A stretch of DNA of 64,000 nt, taken from positions 76,014 to 140,013 of the forward strand of contig JANXDS010000001.1 of the NCBI GenBank assembly GCA_025059205.1. The letters run 5' to 3'. The notes beneath the pieces are model-generated. The model did no database searches, had not been told where the DNA came from, and worked only from the letters and a program-made list of their open reading frames with translations. Positions 40,008 through 49,835 of the stretch are shown piece by piece. The position numbers were made by a program, and so were the translations under genes. Position 1 is the stretch's first letter. The number at the start of each line of letters is the position of its first letter. The stretch is from Aigarchaeota archaeon (GTDB taxonomy: Archaea > Thermoproteota > Nitrososphaeria_A > Caldarchaeales > Wolframiiraptoraceae).

Positions 40008-41597
40008 ATGCGTCAGTGGAGACTTATTGACACGGGCCTAAGGCCAGCGTCCGAGAACATGGCTCTTGACGACGTGATTTTAGAGTGCAAAGCTAGGAAT
40101 TTAGTGCCCGATACCGTAAGGTTTCTTAGGTTCAGTCCACCAGCGGCTCTCGTTGGGTATCACCAAGATGTCGAACAAGAGGTTCGACTGGAGTACGCGA
40201 AGGAGAACGGAATAGACGTTAACAGGAGGTTAACGGGAGGTGGTGCTATCTACTTTGACAGCTCTACCGTCGGGTGGGAGGTTATAGCATCAAAGTACTC
40301 GTTCACAAATTACTCTTTAGAATGGATTTTTAAGACTATGTGCGAATGTGTGGTAAACGCCCTAAAAGAGTTTGGTTTAGATGCTCGCTTTCGACCTAGG
40401 AATGACATAGAGATAGATGGTAGGAAAATATCAGGCACGGGCGGTGTTGAGAGGGAAGGTGCCTTTCTCTTCCAAGGTACGCTCCTTGTAGACTTTGACA
40501 TCGAAACGATGATAAAGGTGTTAAAGATTCCGATAATAAAACTTAAGGATAAAGAATTGGAATCGGTGAGGAAAAGGGTAACCTGCCTTAAGTGGGAATT
40601 GGGCTATGTTCCGGATTATGAGGAAATCAGGAGTGCATTAATCAGAGGTTTCGAGAAAACTCTCAACATAGAACTCAAATCCGGCGAACTCACAGATCAC
40701 GAATTAGAGGTCTTTGAAAAAAGATTGACATGGTTTAAATCCGAAGAATGGATATTCATGGACAGGTGTTCATCAAAAGGATCTGCGATGGTGCACGCGG
40801 TTGATAAGAAGCCAGGTGGTGTTATCCGTGTATCGTTGAATGTGGATAAAGATGCGAATGTCATAAAAAGCGTGTTAGTAACAGGGGATTTTTTCATATT
40901 CCCCCAAAGAGCGATCTTGGATTTGGAAGCCGCCCTTAAGTTCGTTCCAGTGGATGCTGATAAGATAAGGGAGATAGTTCACAAGGTATTCGAGGAAAAA
41001 CAAGTTAGGGCACTCAGCATAACTGAAGACGACATAGTGGAGCTTATACTCGAGGCCTTAGAAAAAACCGAGCTTGAATCTTATGGTATAGATTACAACG
41101 AAGTTAATAACGTATACCCGATAACAAATGATATCGATTCAACACTCAAGAACGGCTTTGACTATATGTTACTACCTTACTGTTCCAAGATGGTTTCATG
41201 CACGTATAGGAGAACGGACGGTTGTGCAAAATGTGGTAGGTGCACGGTTGGCGATGCATATCGTTTAGCAGAGGAATTCGGTCTAAAACCTATAACGATT
41301 CATAACTTTGAACACCTGATAGAAGTTTTGAAGACTATGAGGACCGAAGGTGCAAGAGGCTTTATTGGTTGTTGCTGCGAGGCATTCTACGTAAAACACC
41401 GAGACGAGATGAGAAACGTGGGCGTGCCAGGGATAATAATAGATATTGAGGATAAAACCTGCTACGATCTGGGCAAGGCAGAAGAAGCTTATAGGGGTGT
41501 TTTCGAGGCCCAGACCAAGTTAAACCTAGAGCTTTTAAAGAAGGTACTGTTGACGTCCTTGAAAATGGGTGGTGTAAAGTGCATAGATTCGACGTGA
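40008..41597 (+). CDS. lipoate:protein ligase (LplA+LplB-like) with Cys-rich DUF116-like C-terminal domain
   Basis: NMALD, RRLTGGGAIY, RPRND, KISGTG, QGTLL; accessory TGDFF domain; tail LPYC..C..GC..CG.C..GCCCE. Confidence 0.88.
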   Translation: MRQWRLIDTGLRPASENMALDDVILECKARNLVPDTVRFLRFSPPAALVGYHQDVEQEVRLEYAKENGIDVNRRLTGGGAIYFDSSTVGWEVIASKYSFTNYSLEWIFKTMCECVVNALKEFGLDARFRPRNDIEIDGRKISGTGGVEREGAFLFQGTLLVDFDIETMIKVLKIPIIKLKDKELESVRKRVTCLKWELGYVPDYEEIRSALIRGFEKTLNIELKSGELTDHELEVFEKRLTWFKSEEWIFMDRCSSKGSAMVHAVDKKPGGVIRVSLNVDKDANVIKSVLVTGDFFIFPQRAILDLEAALKFVPVDADKIREIVHKVFEEKQVRALSITEDDIVELILEALEKTELESYGIDYNEVNNVYPITNDIDSTLKNGFDYMLLPYCSKMVSCTYRRTDGCAKCGRCTVGDAYRLAEEFGLKPITIHNFEHLIEVLKTMRTEGARGFIGCCCEAFYVKHRDEMRNVGVPGIIIDIEDKTCYDLGKAEEAYRGVFEAQTKLNLELLKKVLLTSLKMGGVKCIDST

Positions 41598-42643
41598 TAG
41601 TGGTTGGCGGCGGCCCTTCTGGTGCCGTATGTGCAATAAAATGCGCTAAGATGGGTTTTAGGACAATGTTGTTAGAAAAATCGACGAGTTACAGAAAGAA
41701 GGTCTGCGGAGGCATCACACCGACTATAACAAAAGATTTACTAGAACTTGAGTTAGGGCTAAGCATTCCCAAGTCGGTGCTATCTGTACCGGAAAGATTA
41801 GGGCTTTTCTACGTACCGCCCAGTGGTAAGCACAACGGTGGTACGATGAGAAATTATTCATTAATTAATTTATGCAGGGTTGCCTTCGATGAATGGTTGA
41901 GAGAAGAAGCCAGTATGCATAACGTTCATCTTTTGTACCGAGCAGAATTTAATGCGCTGAAGCTAGGGAAGCATAGCGTATTGAAGGTAAGAGTGAATGG
42001 TAACCTAGAGTTCTTTGAAGCTACTTACGTGGTTGGCGCCGACGGTGCTTTTTCAAAAGTTCGTTCTTGCTTATTTCCAAACTATAAGCTCAGAATGCTT
42101 ACGGTCATACAAGAAGTCTGGGATGCTGAAGGCGATTTTCAAGATAATTTTTACGTAATCCTCAACGGCAAAATCGTACCGACTTATGGTTACGTAATTC
42201 CCAAGGACGAAAATTTTCTCATAGGATTTGGTTTTGAAAGCGGAGCGGCCGACCCAAAGTTTTACAGAGATGGGCTTTTGGGTTTATTAAAAGACGAGTT
42301 CTCATTTAAGCCTATAAAAATGAATGTAAGAGAAGTCGCGCCCATCCCATTTGCCCTATCACCTTTAGGACTAGGGAATGTTGTACTTGTTGGTGATGCT
42401 GGAGGCTTATGTAATCCTTTCTCAGGGGAGGGCATAAGGTTCGCGATCGAGAGCGGGGCTATCGCGGCAGAGTCCATTAAAATCTCACATGAAGAGGATG
42501 CAAATTTGATAACCATCTATGAATCGAGGATGGAGTGGTTGAAGGAGTTTTTACTTAAAATGCATACATTCGTAAGCGAGCTTGACGATGAGAAAAGAGA
42601 AGCTTTCGTCAAGGAAGAACTGTCGCGTCTTAACGTATTTTAG
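41579..42643 (+). CDS. geranylgeranyl-reductase-like FAD oxidoreductase (LipT-like)
   Basis: GGGPSG, KKVCGG, GADG, YGYVIPK, GDAGG.C.PFSGEGI; last gene of the lipS-ligase run. Confidence 0.8.
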   Translation: MHRFDVIVVGGGPSGAVCAIKCAKMGFRTMLLEKSTSYRKKVCGGITPTITKDLLELELGLSIPKSVLSVPERLGLFYVPPSGKHNGGTMRNYSLINLCRVAFDEWLREEASMHNVHLLYRAEFNALKLGKHSVLKVRVNGNLEFFEATYVVGADGAFSKVRSCLFPNYKLRMLTVIQEVWDAEGDFQDNFYVILNGKIVPTYGYVIPKDENFLIGFGFESGAADPKFYRDGLLGLLKDEFSFKPIKMNVREVAPIPFALSPLGLGNVVLVGDAGGLCNPFSGEGIRFAIESGAIAAESIKISHEEDANLITIYESRMEWLKEFLLKMHTFVSELDDEKREAFVKEELSRLNVF

Positions 42644-42651
42644 CACATAGC

Positions 42652-43698
42652 TTAGCAAATTCTTGGGACAGGATCACCGATCGGTGGAGGTAAAAGCCTC
42701 CTACCTCCTACTATCGTCTCAAGCACAACGTGCTCGTACTTATCAGTAGCCTCACCTATTATTTCGGCGTCCCTTCCTTCCGGCGTTTCACGGATGGCCT
42801 CTAATACCGCCTCGGCCATCTGAGGCACCACAGCAATTATAACTTTTCCTTCGTTTCCTACTTCTAGGGGATCTATGCCTAGCATCTCACAAGCAGCCCT
42901 AACACCCTCCCTTATCGGTATCTTATACTCTTTTATGTAGATTCCGACCCCTGACTTTTGAGCCCATTCATTGAGGGCATTTGATAGGCCGCCTCTTGTC
43001 GGGTCCTTCATAGCAACAATTCCACCAACCTCTAAGGCCTTCCTTATCATTTTGTTAAGGGGCGCGACATCGGACTTTATGATGGTATCAAACCCGTAAC
43101 CTTCTCTTGAGGATAGTACGGCTATACCGTGGTCGCCTATAGTTCCAGAAACTATTATCTTATCACCTGGTCTAACATTAGAGTCAAGGAGCCACCTCGT
43201 CTCGAGATTCCTGTAACGTCTGACGACGCTAAGGTTGTGATCTAACGCCGCCTGTCTCTTCCCGATACCGGACGAATTTATAATAAACCCGTCCAAGGCA
43301 CCTCTCTCCACGACTTTTGTATCACCTGTTGCTACGAATACGTCAGCCTCCATACATGTCTGTCTTATGCTCACGATTATCCTCTCAAAATCCGATAATG
43401 GGAACCCCTCTTCTAAAACGAAACCCATGGCGAGAGCAACGGGTTCAGCTCCTAGCACAGATATGTCGTTCACGGTTCCTGATACTGCCAGCCTACCTAT
43501 ATCGCCGCCTGGAAAGAATAACGGTTTGACAGTATAAGAATCTGACTTTATCACGATACCGTCTACGACCGCTGCGTCGTCCAGCGCCTCCAGAGGAACC
43601 TCAGCACTTCCCCAGGCAAGGTTCTTAAGTATGAAGTCCTTAATCAGAGATTGCATTACAACGCCTCCCGCACCATGGGCCATCGTTATCCTATCCAA
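42652..43698 (-). CDS. hypE: carbamoyl dehydratase
   Basis: HGAGG, FFPGGDIG, DPTRGG, C-terminal PRIC. Confidence 0.97.
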   Translation of the reverse strand: MDRITMAHGAGGVVMQSLIKDFILKNLAWGSAEVPLEALDDAAVVDGIVIKSDSYTVKPLFFPGGDIGRLAVSGTVNDISVLGAEPVALAMGFVLEEGFPLSDFERIIVSIRQTCMEADVFVATGDTKVVERGALDGFIINSSGIGKRQAALDHNLSVVRRYRNLETRWLLDSNVRPGDKIIVSGTIGDHGIAVLSSREGYGFDTIIKSDVAPLNKMIRKALEVGGIVAMKDPTRGGLSNALNEWAQKSGVGIYIKEYKIPIREGVRAACEMLGIDPLEVGNEGKVIIAVVPQMAEAVLEAIRETPEGRDAEIIGEATDKYEHVVLETIVGGRRLLPPPIGDPVPRIC

Positions 43699-43848
43699 AT
43701 GACATCAACCCCAGTATTGATATCCGCAACGCTACTATTTTATTCCGTAACACAATCGATAACCCCCCTTAAAAATTAATTTTGTATATACGGATTCACG
43801 CACCATCTGTAAAACTATATATCCAGATGACGGAATACGTTATTCGGG

Positions 43849-44922
43849 ATGCGCCCACAACTCCGTAAAGTCATAAGGTTGGGTAGGTCTGCTCTAGCCG
43901 TGACGTTACCTAAAGAGTGGACGTCCTTGGTTAAGCTAAAAGAGGGCGACTACGTTCTCATAGAGGATATCGAAGAAAACTGTATCAGAATGAAGAAAGC
44001 TGATAGTGAGTCTGAGACTCCGCCCGCCGTCTGTGTAATTAACGCGGATATTTGCACCTCACAAAATATGCTATGGAGGATTATAATCGGTGCGTATATG
44101 GTCGGTCACAAAACCATTTGGATACAGACGAAGAATAGTTTTAAACCTAGCGATATTGAAGGGATAAGGACTCTAACGGATATATTAGTAGGACTTCACG
44201 TAACAGAGCAGACCGATAACATAATCATACTTCAAAGTCTTGCTGACCCTTCCAGACCTACGATTGATAGCTCTATCCGTAGACTCCATTTAATGTCTTC
44301 TAGCATGTACGATATGGCGTTAGGTGTCCTTTTAGGTGAAGAGAATCCAAAACGGCTTGAAGATATCAAGGCGCTTGAGATAGAGTGCGATAAAGTTTAC
44401 TGGCTTGTAACAAGACAACTGCTCCTGTCAGTGAACGATCGGGCCTTAGCAAAGGAGCTTGGTATAAGGTCTAACCTTTGGCTTTTAGGAAATAGGGCGG
44501 TCGTCAGGATTTTGAAGAGTATAGTTACAGACAGTAAGTACATATCCAGATATGTCGAAAATTTGCTGAAGCTTGATTATAAGCTTGACACAGAGACCAT
44601 CCGTTGGTTTGCCAACATACGCGACGAGGTTAGAAAGATATCAAACATGGCAGTCGATTCTCTTATTACAAGAGACTTGCTGAGCGGCAATGATGCTATT
44701 GAATCCGCTAACAAGCTTGTGAAGACTCTTGAGGCGGCGGAGATGGTGGCTCCAAAAAAATATGACGTTAACGTTTGTCCGTCCCTATCGGGTATACTCA
44801 GGTCTTTAAGAAACATCGTTCTAAACTACAGATACATAGGAGAAGTTGCGATCAACAGATCGGTTGAGGAATCCAACGAGTACGTGAGCATAGATACCGG
44901 CAGTTTTGAGGATAAAGTCTGA
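43849..44922 (+). CDS. AbrB-PhoU family transcriptional regulator (paralog 1)
   Basis: RKVIRLGRSALAVTLPKEW AbrB domain followed by PhoU-like helical repeats (E.D..YWL..RQL). Confidence 0.85.
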   Translation: MRPQLRKVIRLGRSALAVTLPKEWTSLVKLKEGDYVLIEDIEENCIRMKKADSESETPPAVCVINADICTSQNMLWRIIIGAYMVGHKTIWIQTKNSFKPSDIEGIRTLTDILVGLHVTEQTDNIIILQSLADPSRPTIDSSIRRLHLMSSSMYDMALGVLLGEENPKRLEDIKALEIECDKVYWLVTRQLLLSVNDRALAKELGIRSNLWLLGNRAVVRILKSIVTDSKYISRYVENLLKLDYKLDTETIRWFANIRDEVRKISNMAVDSLITRDLLSGNDAIESANKLVKTLEAAEMVAPKKYDVNVCPSLSGILRSLRNIVLNYRYIGEVAINRSVEESNEYVSIDTGSFEDKV

Positions 44923-44952
44923 ACACATACTTAAAAAGGAATCAAAACTTTA

Positions 44953-45409
44953 ATGAACGATGAAACTAGGTCAAACACTTTAACTTTTTAACGTAAGACT
45001 ACAATGGGATCGTTCCACGGGTGCCGAGGCCTTCACTAAAGGAGGTAGTGTTCGTCTGGACATGCCTAGGACTTCGGTGGTTTAGGAAGATATCCGTGTC
45101 CGGATGAGGTATTCCTTTCTGCATTAGGTGGGTGCATGATAACTACGTTCGTTTACTTTCAGCGACGATTGGGCACAAAGATAGAAGGGGTTAGAGGTTG
45201 ACGTTAAAGGAAAAGTTAAACTGGATAACGGGAGGTATAGGGTCACCGATGCAAGAATTAAATTAAAGGCTTTAGTAGGAGACTCGGAGTTTGAGAACGT
45301 TACGGGTTGTGCGAAATTAGCTATCGAACACTGTCGCATAACTAAGTCCATAAAACCATCCATCGCTTTAAATGTAGAGTACGAAGTCGTTAACCTAGGC
45401 AATCCCTAA
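44953..45409 (+). pseudogene. OsmC/Ohr family protein broken by three frameshifts
   Basis: Joined frames give ..LDMP.DFGGLGRYPCPDEVFLSALGGCMITTF..AIEHCRITKSI; shifts near 44989, 45068 and 45190. Confidence 0.8.
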
Positions 45410-45503
45410 AGCGCGAACTATTTTAAAAAATTTAAAAGAAATATTTTTAAAAATGCTTATCTGTAATTTTGTAATTAAATTTGAGGAAAAGGGTGTGGTG
45501 GCC

Positions 45504-45932
45504 ATGGTGAAGCTATTCGATAAGTACGAGTTTCCAGAAGGTTTGTACTACTCCAAAGATCATCTATGGTTAAAGCTCGAGGGCGACCTTGTGAGGGTTG
45601 GTGTTACAGACTTAGCACAGCAAGCGGCTGGCCCAATAGTATACGTAAGAGTCGTACCAAAGGGTAAGGTTATAGAGGCGGGGAAGCCCATAGCGACCGT
45701 AGAAACCGGAAAATGGGTTGGATCTTTCAAGTCTCCCGTGTCTGGAACGATAGTCGAGGTTAATGAAGCCTTGAAGTCTCAGCCTAAACTTCTGAACGAA
45801 GACCCATATGGGAAAGGGTGGTTAGCTCTCATAAAACCTTCAAAGCTTGAGGAGGAGTTGAAAGGTTTATTCTCAAAAATTGAAGATATGATTCCGTGGC
45901 TAAAAGACGAGATGCCGAAGATGATCAAATAG
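45504..45932 (+). CDS. lipoate-binding protein (GcvH/LbpA-like) with lipoyl lysine
   Basis: YYSKDHLW, VGVTD.AQ, VETGKWVG (Lys retained), SPVSG, NEDPYGKGW; likely start ATG 45504. Confidence 0.9.
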   Translation: MVKLFDKYEFPEGLYYSKDHLWLKLEGDLVRVGVTDLAQQAAGPIVYVRVVPKGKVIEAGKPIATVETGKWVGSFKSPVSGTIVEVNEALKSQPKLLNEDPYGKGWLALIKPSKLEEELKGLFSKIEDMIPWLKDEMPKMIK

Positions 45933-46091
45933 TTAGCTCAAAGCTACATAGCATTAAAGAGTTAGCTAATAATACATACTTTAAACCTACTTTTTCGTTT
46001 TTTATTAAGGGTCCTAGCGCTCAGGTCTAAACTCTTTAACGCACAAATTTTTACAACAGCATTTAGTGATACAGCCGTCAGTCCGTCCACG

Positions 46092-46499
46092 CTACTCTGG
46101 TAACTTTAACTCAACTAAATATTTTATGTCTTCTTCGTAGTTAATCGGCCTAAACACCGCGATCCATCCCTCGCCGTAAGGATCTTCGTTTATAAGGTCA
46201 GGCTTTTCTCTTAACTTCTCGTTAACTTCAACTATCCAGCCGGACACTGGGCTTCTTAGAAGCATCACACGCGTTCCATACTCTACGGAGCCGAAAGGAT
46301 GCCCCCTGCTGATCAGACGTCCCTTGGGAAGGACTCTAACAAACTCTATCGTGCCCATATGCTCTGCGATACTCTCCACAAGACCGACGCGTACAAATAT
46401 CTCAGAATTCTCGCTCATTTGTTCAAACCTTGCCCATATCCCACGACTAAGCTTTGAAACGAATAGTTTTCCTAAGAGCTCAGGAACATACATTTCCAT
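46092..46499 (-). CDS. GcvH-like protein lacking the lipoyl lysine
   Basis: SPVSG, VEVNE, NEDPYGEGW present, but the lipoyl turn reads VEYGTRV. Confidence 0.82.
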   Translation of the reverse strand: MEMYVPELLGKLFVSKLSRGIWARFEQMSENSEIFVRVGLVESIAEHMGTIEFVRVLPKGRLISRGHPFGSVEYGTRVMLLRSPVSGWIVEVNEKLREKPDLINEDPYGEGWIAVFRPINYEEDIKYLVELKLPE

Positions 46500-46628
46500 T
46501 TTTCTTAAGCCACCTCAAAATGAGGCTAGTTATAGCACGATATTGCTCATAACGTGTTGTTTCATATAACTGGTAAATATTACGTATACGTTACACATAA
46601 ATACCAGACGTAAAATTTTTACACGGAA

Positions 46629-47720
46629 TTGGGCACAGAAAGTAGCCGCTTATACGGTTATACATTAAGAAAAGTAATGAAGCTCGGACGATCTGCGTTA
46701 TGCGTTACGTTGCCGAAAGCCTGGGTTGCCGCCGTTGGGATAAAGGAGAATGATTACTTAGCCGTAAGACAAACCGGCAACTCTTTAGAATTAAGCAAAG
46801 TTGAACGGGAAGAAGGAGTTGGGTCGCCGGTTTGTATAATAAATGTGGACGCATGCATAGAGCCCCATTCTATAACTAGAGTTTTGATAGGAGCTTACAT
46901 AGCCGGCCATGATACGATCTGGTTACAATCCAAAAGACCTTTTACGCAAAAACAAATTGAAGAAGTTAATTCGGTGACGAGGAAGCTTATCGGAGTGCAC
47001 ATCGCAGATAGCTCCGAAAATATAATAATTATTCAGAACCTCTCAAATCCCCTAAGGCCTTCCATGGACAGTTCTATCAGAAGGTTTCATAACCTAGTAA
47101 TGGACATGCTTGAAGGTGCCGTGAGTATGCTCTCAAGTGGCAATCAAGATATGATTAAGCGTATTATGAGTATAGGTGAAGAGTGTGACAGGCTTTATTG
47201 GTTAACGTTGAGGCAACTTATAAGAGCAGCCAGCGACCCTGGCGTAAGGGAAGCTCTCGGAATAAAATCAACCCTATGGTTGCTTGGCAACCGATTGGTC
47301 CTGGTTTTACTCAAGAAGGCTGTCAACCTGAGCGAATTGATTGCTCTTTCAGCATACGAAATATTTACGAACGGGTGCGGAATTGAGAAGCGTATTACAG
47401 AGTGGTGCGCGGATTTCTGTACAACACTAAAGCACATCTCTCAAAATACGATAGATTCCCTCATGTCGAAGGATCTTTTGCTGGCAAATAAAACAATATC
47501 CCAGATCGACAACTTGATTGGAGAGAGAATAGAGGCCGGCGAAAAAATGGCCAGCAGTAGTAGATCACTCAGACATCATCTCTTCCGAATAATATATGCT
47601 TTTAAGGAAATTGGTTTGTGCTACCGTCAGATCGCAGAGGTGGCGATAAATAGGTCCCTAGAAGAATCCGGAAAATTCGTTACGATCGAATGTCCACCCA
47701 AGAATTCGGAGGAAGGTTAA
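46629..47720 (+). CDS. AbrB-PhoU family transcriptional regulator (paralog 2)
   Basis: RKVMKLGRSALCVTLPKAW; collinear with 43849-44922 (IGAY..GH, LWLLGNR, EVAINRS). Confidence 0.85.
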   Translation: MGTESSRLYGYTLRKVMKLGRSALCVTLPKAWVAAVGIKENDYLAVRQTGNSLELSKVEREEGVGSPVCIINVDACIEPHSITRVLIGAYIAGHDTIWLQSKRPFTQKQIEEVNSVTRKLIGVHIADSSENIIIIQNLSNPLRPSMDSSIRRFHNLVMDMLEGAVSMLSSGNQDMIKRIMSIGEECDRLYWLTLRQLIRAASDPGVREALGIKSTLWLLGNRLVLVLLKKAVNLSELIALSAYEIFTNGCGIEKRITEWCADFCTTLKHISQNTIDSLMSKDLLLANKTISQIDNLIGERIEAGEKMASSSRSLRHHLFRIIYAFKEIGLCYRQIAEVAINRSLEESGKFVTIECPPKNSEEG

Positions 47721-47907
47721 AATTTATAGTAAATCGTTTTATTGGACGATCAAGCGGCTTATATCTACACTTCGATCTTCTTGTCGATTTATCGCTCGTA
47801 GCTTTTTTTTCTAACGTTTAAAGACTTACCTAACGCGATAATAAAGCACAGCACTTCAAAATGAAGATCCGGAAAGTCCACGTCGAACCGCTATTAACTG
47901 TAGTAAA

Positions 47908-48378
47908 CTAAAGCTTAATCTCTTCTTCAATCATCTCGATGCATTTTGGTACGGCAGCTTTTACCTCTTCACTCAGCCCCTCTTGATAGCAGCTTGGTTT
48001 TTGGATGGTTATTCCAAAAATCACTACCTCGTCCGGAAAAGATTCTCTATCGATAGTTTTAACGAGTTCGACAGAGGTTACGAAGTCCATATCATGAAGG
48101 CCGATGAATCTTTTCGACGCCCTCCTTAGGTCTTCGAGGGTTAGTCTTATTATTTTTCCAGGAGCTACGCCCTCTTCAACTAAAGCATCTACGATTATTG
48201 CTTTCTTATAACCAAGCATTGTTTCCGCCGCGGTTAAACCTCCGGCACTCAACTCGACAACATCAACAGACTCGCCTAACCTCTTTCTTAACTCGGATAC
48301 GATAATCAAGCCTAAGGCATCGTCACCAAGTATCGGATTACCAAGCCCTATTACAACTATGCCGCTTTTCTTCTTCAA
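47908..48378 (-). CDS. hydrogenase maturation endopeptidase
   Basis: VIGLGNPILGDDALG, IVDA, H; follows the large subunit. Confidence 0.93.
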   Translation of the reverse strand: MKKKSGIVVIGLGNPILGDDALGLIIVSELRKRLGESVDVVELSAGGLTAAETMLGYKKAIIVDALVEEGVAPGKIIRLTLEDLRRASKRFIGLHDMDFVTSVELVKTIDRESFPDEVVIFGITIQKPSCYQEGLSEEVKAAVPKCIEMIEEEIKL

Positions 48379-49835
48379 GGACGCTTTATCTCAACCAAAA
48401 GTTTTCCATTCGCATCGTATATGCAGACGTCAAGCGGCATTTGTCCTGGCAAAGCATGTGTTCCACAAGCCAAGCATGGGTCATAAGCCCTGAATGCCAT
48501 CTCTATCATGTTGAGCAGACCGTCGCTTATATTGCCGCCTTTTATGAGTTGCTGCGAGGCCTTCTTTACGGACATACATATACCTGCATTGTTGTGTGTC
48601 GTCGCGACTATTAGGTTAACGTCGGTCAGTATACCGCCCTGGTCCGTCTTATAATGGTGTATGAGCGTACCCCTCGGCGCCTCAACGATGCCGACACCTT
48701 CGTCAGGGGTGTTTGTTAGAGGAACCCTAAAGTCCTTCCCGGTTATATCCGCATCTTTACTCAATTCAAGGGTTCTTTCAGCGGCGTTAAGTATCTCTAT
48801 GACCCTCGCCCAATGGTATCCGAGCGTTGCATGAGCTGGCTTACCCAAGGTTTCTTTGAACTTTTCATAGGCTTCCTGCGCATAGGGTGTCGTAAACCCT
48901 TCGGCCACGTTGAGTCTGGCAAGGGGGCCTACTCTGTACGCGCCTGATGCTTCACCATCGACTATTCCCTTCCAGCCCAGTTCCTTCAAGTACGGGAACT
49001 TGAGATAAGTCCACGTCTCCACATGCTCGCCTATGTATTTAAGATAGTCTTTTGGATGAAATTCCGCGTAGATTCTTCCTTTCGGATCCACGACTCTGAC
49101 TTTTCCGTCATAGTAATTAACCAGCCCCTTTTCATCGACCAAACCCATATAGTAAGTCTCATGCTTGTATACATCGCCCATGAGTAAGTCAAGGTATTTT
49201 TGATTTTTCAGAACTACGTCCTCGAAAATCTTTAGTGTAAATTGGGCGAACTCCACCAGTTTCTTTGCACCTTCTTCTATTTCCTTTCTGTCATCTTCTG
49301 TCAAAGATTTGGAGACACCACCCGGAACAGCACAAGTCGGTATTATTGCTCTTCCGGCAAGTTTCTCCAGGAGCTTCGTTGCCACCATCCTGGCGTTTAT
49401 GACTCTCTTTCCAGTTTCCAGTCCAACCTTTCCAATAAGACCAAGAATGTTCCTTTCAGCCCTCGGTGCATCAGGTCCAACTACGAAGTCCGGCGCGGAA
49501 AGTGTGTAGAATACTGCCGAATGGTCGTGTATGTAGAATATATTATAGGCCAATTCCCTTATCTTCTTCGCAGTTTCCGGCAACTCGGCTCCGTAGACGG
49601 CATCCACGGCCTTAGCCGATGCCATGTGATGTGCCCATGGACAGACGCCGCAGATCCTTGAGGTTATTATAGGCATTTCCTCGACAGGTCTCCCTATACA
49701 GAACTTCTCGAAGCCCCTGAACTCAACTACCTGATAGTAGGCGTCCTTAACGTTGCCGGCTTCGTCTAAAAATATCGAAATCTTACCGTGCCCCTCAAGC
49801 CTAGTTATTGGCTGAATTGTTACGACTTTCTTCAT
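48375..49835 (-). CDS. mvhA: [NiFe]-hydrogenase large subunit, group 3c
   Basis: TRLEGH, L1 RICGVC, EAPRG, L2 DPCLACGTH plus cleavable tail. Confidence 0.93.
   Translation of the reverse strand: MKKVVTIQPITRLEGHGKISIFLDEAGNVKDAYYQVVEFRGFEKFCIGRPVEEMPIITSRICGVCPWAHHMASAKAVDAVYGAELPETAKKIRELAYNIFYIHDHSAVFYTLSAPDFVVGPDAPRAERNILGLIGKVGLETGKRVINARMVATKLLEKLAGRAIIPTCAVPGGVSKSLTEDDRKEIEEGAKKLVEFAQFTLKIFEDVVLKNQKYLDLLMGDVYKHETYYMGLVDEKGLVNYYDGKVRVVDPKGRIYAEFHPKDYLKYIGEHVETWTYLKFPYLKELGWKGIVDGEASGAYRVGPLARLNVAEGFTTPYAQEAYEKFKETLGKPAHATLGYHWARVIEILNAAERTLELSKDADITGKDFRVPLTNTPDEGVGIVEAPRGTLIHHYKTDQGGILTDVNLIVATTHNNAGICMSVKKASQQLIKGGNISDGLLNMIEMAFRAYDPCLACGTHALPGQMPLDVCIYDANGKLLVEIKRP

Noticed and set aside
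41579-42643. Membrane-lipid geranylgeranyl reductase
   Set aside because: Not excluded, but overlap with the lipoate ligase in a lipS operon favours a LipT-like role, so no lipid function was assigned.
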